From contig JBGAIQ010000058.1 in NCBI GenBank assembly GCA_044225365.1, positions 1-33,507 of the forward strand: a stretch of 33,507 nt of DNA, written 5' to 3'. The DNA is from Planctomycetota bacterium (GTDB lineage Bacteria; Planctomycetota; B15-G4; JADJEK01). Position numbers and translations under genes: made by a program. Position 1 is the stretch's first letter, and each line of letters begins with the position of its first letter. Positions 26,635 through 33,507 of this stretch are shown here, one piece after another. The notes below the pieces were generated by a model. The model was not told the DNA's origin and made no database searches. It saw only the letters and a list, made by a program, of their open reading frames with translations.

Positions 26635-26728
26635 CCACTCTCCAAGTAGAAAGCCGATTCCGTGCATCGGCTCGTTCGCCGGCGATTTGCTCTCGAATTG
26701 GGCGCGCCGTCACCTCATGGTCGACGTC

Positions 26729-27994
26729 TCACCCAAAAGGAGAATCCGGGCGGGGGTCGAACGACGATACCCCGAGTGCGGGCCGAGTCAAGGGAAGCAG
26801 GTGTTCCTCTGCGCCACCTCGAGCGAAGCAAACCTCTCCACCAACGATGGTTGCGACGACATCGACCGCGCCGGAAGTAACCACGTCGAGAGCCGAAACG
26901 AGGCTCGACGGCACGCCACCGCGCGCCTCCACGACGACGAGGTCCGCGCTCTCTCCCTCATCGAGACGACCCGATCCACCGTCGAGGAGATTCGCTGCCG
27001 CTCGCGTGGCCATCGAGAACGTCTCGGCGGGTGAGAGGTCCGGACGCGCCGCGCGCAGGAACGCCATCTCCTCGAACATCGAGAGCGACGAATTGCTCGC
27101 GATCGAATCGGTACCGAGCGCGACGCAGACTCCGGCATCGAGCATCTCCCGAACGGGATGCCAACGGTGGCCGAAGAAGTTGTGGCTGCGCGGACAATAG
27201 ACGACGATCGCTCCGCTCGTTCTCAGCCCTTCGAAATCGGAAGGATCGCAGTAGTTCACGTGCGCGAGCAGCGCGCCGGGGGGCACTCGCCCATGACTCG
27301 AAAGGTACTCGAGGGGTCGCATGCCCGGCGGAGTCGAGAACGGAGATCGCGCCCCGAGCGCGTCGAGCAGATCCTTGAATTCTCCGTCCCCACTCGCGAG
27401 GAACCTTCCCTCCGCCAGAGTCTCGGCGATATGCGTCGAATAGGCGACGGGAATTCGATTCGCGATCTCGGCGCACAACTCGTAGAGCGACGCGGGAGTC
27501 GAGTAGGGCGCGTGGGGTGAGACGCCCGCGCGCGTGCGATGCGAACGCGCGCGATTCGAGAATCCTTCGATCCAGGCCACGAGTCCGCGGCGGATCTCCT
27601 CGGGATCACGCGATCCGAGGACCTCGTGGAACGACACTCCCTTCAGTCCGCTCGCGGCGACCGCGCTGGCTGCCGCGCCCGAGGAATCGATGTCGCCCAC
27701 TGCGGTCGTTCCGCTCGCGAGCGCTTCCGCCGCCCCCACCATCGCGGCGCGTTGGAGGTGGGATGGATTGAAAGGACCCCGCGCCGCCAGCAGGTCGAGG
27801 ACCCACGCGCCGAAGCCGCGCGTGGCGCGCTTCACGCCGCGGGCGAAACTCAGATCGAGGTGGACGTGGGCGTTGCGCAATCCCGGGATCGCAAACCACG
27901 GAGGTGCATCCGCGGGTGGCGAGACGGAAGGCCCGATGCGTTCTCCGGATAGTTCGAGGCTTGCCGCATCGAAGCTCCCGGAATCGCGCAACAC
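26729..27994 (-). CDS. Metal-dependent amidohydrolase (MtaD/aminodeoxyfutalosine deaminase-like)
   Basis: PGLRNAHVHLD, SGTTAVGDI, SPHAPYS, THIAE, LAHVNY and ALGTDS motifs. Start uncertain; GTG 27994 is the first in-frame canonical start clear of the upstream gene. Confidence 0.85.
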   Translation of the reverse strand: MLRDSGSFDAASLELSGERIGPSVSPPADAPPWFAIPGLRNAHVHLDLSFARGVKRATRGFGAWVLDLLAARGPFNPSHLQRAAMVGAAEALASGTTAVGDIDSSGAAASAVAASGLKGVSFHEVLGSRDPEEIRRGLVAWIEGFSNRARSHRTRAGVSPHAPYSTPASLYELCAEIANRIPVAYSTHIAETLAEGRFLASGDGEFKDLLDALGARSPFSTPPGMRPLEYLSSHGRVPPGALLAHVNYCDPSDFEGLRTSGAIVVYCPRSHNFFGHRWHPVREMLDAGVCVALGTDSIASNSSLSMFEEMAFLRAARPDLSPAETFSMATRAAANLLDGGSGRLDEGESADLVVVEARGGVPSSLVSALDVVTSGAVDVVATIVGGEVCFARGGAEEHLLPLTRPALGVSSFDPRPDSPFG

Positions 27995-28070
27995 GGCGCG
28001 AATCGGGAGAGGCGGCGTCCGAGTTCGAGTTGCAATGTCCGTTCCGGCTCCTGGCGATCGACCCTTCGAC

Positions 28071-31000
28071 TCACTGGGCCGAAACGGCGATGGAGACTTG
28101 GTCGATCTCGATGTTCTCGTAGGTGTGTCCGCCGAGGACCGTCGAGCCCTCGAGCTCGACACGGAAGCGGATGTAGCCACCCGAGAGGGACGTCGGATCC
28201 GACACGAAATTGAGATCGACCGTCGCCGCGTCGACGCTTCCGTTCGGCGCGAGGCCGGCGTCGTTGAACTCGATCTTGAACGGAGCCTGCAGATTGTTCT
28301 GGAGATCGGTCAGCGTGAACGAGAGCCCCGTCTGATGGACGCCATCGACATCGGCCTCGTACGACACCGTGAATCCGGTGTAGGAAACGTTGAGAGCACC
28401 CGAGAGGAAGAACTTCGACAGCGCCACCGTCGGGCTGAGACCGGGCACGAGGTAGCCGAGGTCGGTCGCCGTGAGGGCAGGTACGACCGAGTTGTTGACG
28501 TACTGCGACGCATTCAAGGACCCGGAACGGTTCTCGAGACGCACGCGCCCCGCGCCACCCGTTCCGCCCTCGACGAATCCGAAACCGCCGGTGCCACCCG
28601 TGGCATCGACGAGTCCGCCGGAGACCGTGACCGCGAACGGCGTCGTGTCGGTCGACTTCAACACGATCACGCCACCACCACCGCCGCCGCCACCGCTCGC
28701 GCTCGTCGCGAGCTGGCCGGTCGTACGACCACCATCTCCGCCGCGGGCGAGGATGCGACCGCCCGCCGCGACTCCGATGCGATCCGCGGCTTCGATCGAC
28801 ACCGAGCCACCGCCGGCGCCGCCGCCGACGCCCGGCGTCCAGTTGGGCAGGGAGATCAACGTGTTGCCGGGCGACGACGGATCGGGGAGGCTCGACTTCA
28901 CCGTGCCGGCGAGATGGACGCCCGACCCGCCACCACCGGCGCCGCCGATGCGCAGGCTCGGCTCGACGCGCAGAGTCGATCCATTCACGATTCCCGCCAC
29001 ATCGGAGAGGTTCAGGATCTTGTCGTGGTTGACGTCGGCGGCCGTCGTCTGCAGCAGAGCGATCGGCTTGATCGTCAGGGTCGACGCCGTATTGCTCACG
29101 ATCTCGAAGAAGTATCCGGAGGTCACGAGCGGGAAAACGATCGCCGCGGGCGAGACGTCCGGATCGACACCGGGGCCGAGCGACAGACCGGTGAACGGGG
29201 TGCCCTGCGCGGTGATCGTCGTCGCGGTCACGCTTGCGACGGTCGCCGTGATGACACCGGACCCGCCGGCTCCGCCGAGCGTACCCTCGGCCGTTCCGAA
29301 CGTGGGCGAGTCCTCGCCATCTTCACCGGCGGCCCGGCTGCCGCCACCACCGCCGCCACCCGAGCGGACCTGAGTGATGAAGTTCTGAGCGACCGTGAGC
29401 CCTACGGAGCCGAGACCGCGACTGCCCGCGAAGCCCGTCTCCTCGCCTTCGTGTCCCGAGAGGTCCCCGAAGACGACGGGATCACCCACCTTGGCGATCG
29501 GCGGCGGCGGGAGTTCGTAGAGGTCGAGCCCCGGCTGGATCATCGATCCGAAGTAGTCCACCGCGTTCGCGTCGTCCTGGACACCGAAGACGAAGACGTT
29601 GCCCGTGGGGCCACTGAACGATTTCACGTGGAAGAGCGGGTGGATGTGCTGGATGAGACCACCCGGTGACGCGTTCGGGAACAACGTTGCGTTGGCGCCC
29701 GTGCCCACGTTCGGCTGGAACCACAGTCCCGAGGCCTTCGCGGCGTTGTTGGCGTCCGCCATGAGGGCGACCAGCGATCCGACGAGTCCCGCCGAACCCG
29801 AGTAGTCGGAGATCGCGGAGACTTGACCGGAGAGACCTCGCGATGCCGAGGCGCCCGTCGCGTAGCCTGGGACACCAGAGCTGACCATCGTCGGCTGGAA
29901 GTTCGGGCTGCCGAGCGTGACCGAACCGCCAAGACCTCCCGCGCCGCCGCCGGCCGCCGCGATACCCCCGAGCCCCGGAGTCGTCTGCGTCGGTGAGATG
30001 CTCGTCGGGGTCTCGCCCGATACGTCGAGCGTGCCGTTGATCGTGACCGGACCCGTGCAGAAGATTCGCAGAGCGAACGGTCCTTGGGCCTTCACCGTCA
30101 CACCCGCGGGAATCACGAACTCCGAGAAGTTGTAGATCCGCGGGACGACCTGATTGCCGACCACCTGAGAGGTCGGAAGGACGACGTTCGAGGACGCTGC
30201 CACGAACTTGCCGTCTTCACCGGTGCCACCGCCCGGCCCCGTGATCAAGAATCCCGGCTGACTCGAGCCCCAGTCGGCCGAAGAGGCCGCGGAGTCGAAT
30301 TTCGCCTGCGTGGTGAAGGGCTCGACGATCGGATCGAGGACCACCGTTCCGGAGGGTTTCGTCTTGAAGGCGTAGACCTTCTTGGCACCGATGTCGCCCG
30401 TGAGCGAGTACACCGAATTGCCGACGAGGTCCTCGATCAACGGATCGATCGTAACGACGTAGACCGAGTTGCCCGGCACGGCATCGAGCAACGGAGTCCA
30501 GTTGAGCGTCGACGCCGATTGCGAGGAAGAAAGGCTGAAGGTTCCTGGGACGGTCGTGCGATCGGTGGTCGTCGATCCGAGGCCGTCGAGGTCGATCTCG
30601 ATATGAACGCTCGGACTGCCATTCGTCGCAGCGTCGACCACTGTGTTCGGCTTCACCAGTTCGTTGAAGACGACTCGAACCTTGGGCGCCGGATTCACTT
30701 CAGCATTGCTGAAGGAGACGTTCAGCTGTGGGAGTTTGGTCTCGGCGAGCGACTTCGAACCTGCGGATGCATCGACGAGCGTCACGGCGTTCGTTGGCGC
30801 CCCGACCTGTTGATCGACGACTTGGTCGGTCGTGCGGAACCGAATCTCGATGGACTTGGGAAGTGAACCGCCGGCCCCCTTCACCTTGCCCTTCTTCAAC
30901 GTGATCCGATAGTAGGCTCCCGGGGCGAAGCCGAACGAGATCTGACCGTTGGTGATCAGGACCGCGGGCGCGAGCGTGAGCTTGTTCTTCTTCACCTTGT

Positions 31001-31322
31001 AGACGACGGGGGCGATCACCCCGCCGGAGAGGCTCGAAGTGAGGCCAAGAGGCGCGAGCTCACTCGCCGGTACGGACTCGATGCGCACGCTGTCGGGATC
31101 GATCGAGTTCTTGTCGAGATTCCCGTTGAAGACGATCTGGAACTCTTGGTTGACCGCCAGCGCCGGGTAGTGCGAGATCGCGGTTTGTCCGATCGCGGTC
31201 GGCTGCTGCGTGAGAGGATCCCAACCAAAGGTCGTCGTCGTGATCTCGAGCGCGGCGCTTGCCGCGGCGCTCAGCGCGAAGTAGGCGATGAGCATCGAGA
31301 CGCAGTGGCTGATCCGAAGCAT
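28071..31322 (-). CDS. Large secreted protein: two SbsA/Big_5-like Ig domains, glycine-rich region, C-terminal beta domain, 1083 aa
   Basis: GAGGAG RBS; signal peptide ending ASA-A; 'IVFNGNLD…' and 'VVFNELV…IEDLVGN' Ig-like motifs; several GGGGG/GGAGG tracts. Confidence 0.85.
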   Translation of the reverse strand: MLRISHCVSMLIAYFALSAAASAALEITTTTFGWDPLTQQPTAIGQTAISHYPALAVNQEFQIVFNGNLDKNSIDPDSVRIESVPASELAPLGLTSSLSGGVIAPVVYKVKKNKLTLAPAVLITNGQISFGFAPGAYYRITLKKGKVKGAGGSLPKSIEIRFRTTDQVVDQQVGAPTNAVTLVDASAGSKSLAETKLPQLNVSFSNAEVNPAPKVRVVFNELVKPNTVVDAATNGSPSVHIEIDLDGLGSTTTDRTTVPGTFSLSSSQSASTLNWTPLLDAVPGNSVYVVTIDPLIEDLVGNSVYSLTGDIGAKKVYAFKTKPSGTVVLDPIVEPFTTQAKFDSAASSADWGSSQPGFLITGPGGGTGEDGKFVAASSNVVLPTSQVVGNQVVPRIYNFSEFVIPAGVTVKAQGPFALRIFCTGPVTINGTLDVSGETPTSISPTQTTPGLGGIAAAGGGAGGLGGSVTLGSPNFQPTMVSSGVPGYATGASASRGLSGQVSAISDYSGSAGLVGSLVALMADANNAAKASGLWFQPNVGTGANATLFPNASPGGLIQHIHPLFHVKSFSGPTGNVFVFGVQDDANAVDYFGSMIQPGLDLYELPPPPIAKVGDPVVFGDLSGHEGEETGFAGSRGLGSVGLTVAQNFITQVRSGGGGGGGSRAAGEDGEDSPTFGTAEGTLGGAGGSGVITATVASVTATTITAQGTPFTGLSLGPGVDPDVSPAAIVFPLVTSGYFFEIVSNTASTLTIKPIALLQTTAADVNHDKILNLSDVAGIVNGSTLRVEPSLRIGGAGGGGSGVHLAGTVKSSLPDPSSPGNTLISLPNWTPGVGGGAGGGSVSIEAADRIGVAAGGRILARGGDGGRTTGQLATSASGGGGGGGGVIVLKSTDTTPFAVTVSGGLVDATGGTGGFGFVEGGTGGAGRVRLENRSGSLNASQYVNNSVVPALTATDLGYLVPGLSPTVALSKFFLSGALNVSYTGFTVSYEADVDGVHQTGLSFTLTDLQNNLQAPFKIEFNDAGLAPNGSVDAATVDLNFVSDPTSLSGGYIRFRVELEGSTVLGGHTYENIEIDQVSIAVSAQ

Positions 31323-31354
31323 GCTGACTCCTCAAACTCGGTCACCGGGTCGAG

Positions 31355-31381
31355 CCCTTTTCGAATTCGGTTCGAAAAGGG
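31355..31381. promoter_or_regulatory. Perfect 11-bp inverted repeat in the leader of the 1083-aa gene
   Basis: CCCTTTTCGAA-TTCGG-TTCGAAAAGGG, ~32 nt upstream of the ATG at 31322; function unknown. Confidence 0.4.
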
Positions 31382-31810
31382 AGCGCACCGACGTGAGTCG
31401 CTGTGGGCGATCGGTCTCGACTCATGTGCCGCCCGGTCACAAGTCTCGACCAGCGCCCAATCCTAGTCCCCTGACCCCCAAAGTGCCAACGGGCCAGCGG
31501 GACATTTCCAACCCCGGCATGTACTCACGTCGCCGCCGAAGGAAACCTGAACCCTCAAATTGGACTGCCCTATGCTGTAGGCTTCCTGCCCTTCGTTCCC
31601 CGCGACGAACCTGGTGGCCCCGGTACGCGAACCTCGAGGAATTGCTCGAAGCGAGCGTCCGGAGCGCGAATCGCCGGGGAACAGAGGCGAGCCGATTCAG
31701 GCGACGCGACCGGAACGGCGGCGAGCGGTCCCTGCGCGAGCCCGTGCGAAATCGCCCGGTGCGACGCGCTCGGCGCATCAGATCCTCCGAGTACATCGAT
31801 GGAGATTGGA

Positions 31811-32964
31811 ATGTCGGTCCCGAAGTCGAGCCCCTTGATCGCACTGTCCCTTGCCCTGAACGTCTGCACGCTCGGTGGGATCCTCTATGTCGCGAAGCAT
31901 CAGACCGCGAACGACGAGGCCACGCTCCCCGAGCAGCTGAGCGACATGGCCGACGACATCAGCTCGGCGAAGATCGAGATGAAGAACGATCTCGAGACCT
32001 TGAAGTCGCTGATCGCGCGCCTGAACACCACGGGCCCCGGTGGCCCGCAGGCCTACAACTACGATCCTGCCGCCGACATCGAGAAGATGTCGAGCGATGA
32101 TCTCCTGAAACGATGGCTGCACGTCTGCGAGGTGCTCTCGCGCAATCGCCACGACCCGCTGCAACGCGAACCCGTCGAGAAGGAGCGCGGCCGCGTCGAG
32201 GAACAGATGCGCGCGCGCGGCGAGGCGACGGTCGCGTCCATCGCGGCCAAGTTCAAGGAGATCGAGGACAACTGGTTGCAGACGCGGTTGCTGACGAACG
32301 TGATCGAACCGATGAAGACCGAGGCGGGATTCGCGTTCGCCAAGACCGTGTTCGAGGACACGACGCTCGTCGGCGGGTTGCGGCTCTACGCCGCGCAGGT
32401 CCTGCTCAAGAAGGACAAGGAAGGCACGATGGGACGTCTCATCGATCTGCTCGAACATCCGGATCCGACCTTCGATCGGCGCGATCAGATCGTGACGTTC
32501 CTCAAGTCGAACCCCGATTCGCGAGCGGCGCCGATCCTCGTGCAGATCGCCAAGGCCGACGACTCGGACCGAAACGTCTCATCGATCTGCTCGAACATCC
32601 GGATCCGACCTTCGATCGGCGCGATCAGATCGTGACGTTCCTCAAGTCGAACCCCGATTCGCGAGCGGCGCCGATCCTCGTGCAGATCGCCAAGGCCGAC
32701 GACTCGGACCGAAACCTACGCACGGAGGCGGTGGCGGCCCTGGGATCGCTGCCGATCGCGGATTCGATCGCGGCTCTGCAGGATCTCGCGCAGCTCTCCA
32801 AGATCGGCAATCTGCGGATCGAAGCGCTTCGCTCGCTGCACAAGATCCAGGGCAAGGACGTCCTCGATTTCGCCCACAAGGTGCGAGAGAAGCTCGGCCC
32901 CGAGGATCAGATGTTCATTCAGTTCATCGACAACATCGACGCGCAGTACCGCACGAACCAGTGA
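31811..32964 (+). CDS. Membrane-anchored HEAT-repeat protein, frameshifted by a 140-bp tandem duplication (337 aa if one copy is removed)
   Basis: ATG 31811 with GGAG RBS; N-terminal TM helix, coiled coil, HEAT-like repeats (LRTEAVAALGSL, LRIEALRSL); split across two ORF-track frames. Confidence 0.8.
32436..32715. repeat. Exact 140-bp tandem duplication
   Basis: 32436-32575 is identical to 32576-32715; the preceding AC also matches, giving 142 nt of overlapping identity. Confidence 0.97.
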
Positions 32965-32976
32965 CCTGCGCCTGCC

Positions 32977-33507
32977 TCAGTTGATCGTCACCCAGTTCGC
33001 GCCGTCGACCGCCGCCGCGGGCGCACCGTTGATCGAGATCTTTGCCGTGAGGTCGCCGCCGGCGGAGAGCGCCGCGTCGAAGGTCGGCATCGAACCCGTT
33101 CCTTCGTAGTTCTGGGTATTGCTGGTCTGGACGATCGTCCCGGTTTCGTTCACCGCGAACGCACGGCGCCCGGACGAACCAATCGACGCCGGCCAGGCGT
33201 AGACGATCCAGTAGTTCTCGCACAGATCGGGATCGACGACGCCGCCGACCTTGCCGCCGGTCGCATCTTCGGGGATCCCGGCGCCCGAGCTGTCCGGCAG
33301 GTACATCGCGAAGAAGTAACCCGCCTTGTTCACGATCGAGTTGGCGACGTTACCGAGGCTGACGGAGACGATCGCCGGATCGAGCGGCATCGCCTGGCCC
33401 CGCAGATTCACCGAGCCCGACAGTTCGGACAAGTAGAGATACTCCCCGACTCCGTCGTTGTCCTCGTCGACCGCGCACCGCGACTGAGCCTGGGCCTGCG
33501 CGCTCGT
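32977..33507 (-). CDS. Type IV pilin-like/DUF2950-like protein, 3' part (5' end outside the window)
   Basis: Frame is open to the window end: TSAQAQAQSRCAVDEDNDGVGEYLYLSELSG…GYFFAMYLP…YAWP…SGRRAFAVNETG, resembling planctomycete prepilin-type proteins. The methylation motif itself is not visible. Confidence 0.7.
   Translation of the reverse strand, partial: TSAQAQAQSRCAVDEDNDGVGEYLYLSELSGSVNLRGQAMPLDPAIVSVSLGNVANSIVNKAGYFFAMYLPDSSGAGIPEDATGGKVGGVVDPDLCENYWIVYAWPASIGSSGRRAFAVNETGTIVQTSNTQNYEGTGSMPTFDAALSAGGDLTAKISINGAPAAAVDGANWVTIN

Noticed and set aside
27534-29669. 711-aa plus-strand ORF
   Set aside because: Antisense to the amidohydrolase and the 1083-aa gene; no recognisable motifs.
31472-31489. 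Sigma-54 promoter (TTGGCAC on the minus strand) for the 1083-aa gene
   Set aside because: The -12 GC is missing at the required GG-N10-GC spacing (GT is found instead).
32113-32964. Separate 283-aa gene or programmed frameshift
   Set aside because: Explained entirely by the 140-bp duplication; no slippery sequence, and the N-terminal part is off-frame.
1-33507. tRNA, rRNA, riboswitch or defence-system genes
   Set aside because: None recognised by eye; a covariance-model scan would be needed to exclude small RNAs.

Overview
High-GC bacterial window, most likely from an uncultured Planctomycetota (inferred from protein styles, not from a marker gene). From left to right: (i) the left end of an IS481-family element inserted into a GTAG-type REP array; (ii) five co-oriented secreted beta-propeller genes (one delta-60-like, four FG-GAP/integrin-alpha-like) that all end in a related ~125-135 aa C-terminal domain of two subtypes, one of them with a second 7-repeat propeller nested inside the first; (iii) small membrane or lipoproteins, an RRE-like radical SAM protein with a degenerate SPASM domain, a secreted gluzincin and an AhpD/CMD protein of the arsenosugar-cluster-associated type; (iv) comM, three GT-C-fold membrane glycosyltransferases, cutA, a metallophosphoesterase, nrnA and an amidohydrolase; (v) a 1083-aa Ig-like/Gly-rich secreted protein, a HEAT-repeat gene broken by an exact 140-bp tandem duplication (probably an assembly artefact) and the 3' part of a pilin-like gene. 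The best candidate for an undescribed system is the shared C-terminal domain acting as a surface sorting/attachment module; second is the radical SAM/AhpD pair. All family assignments come from reading motifs and from recall; no searches were run.
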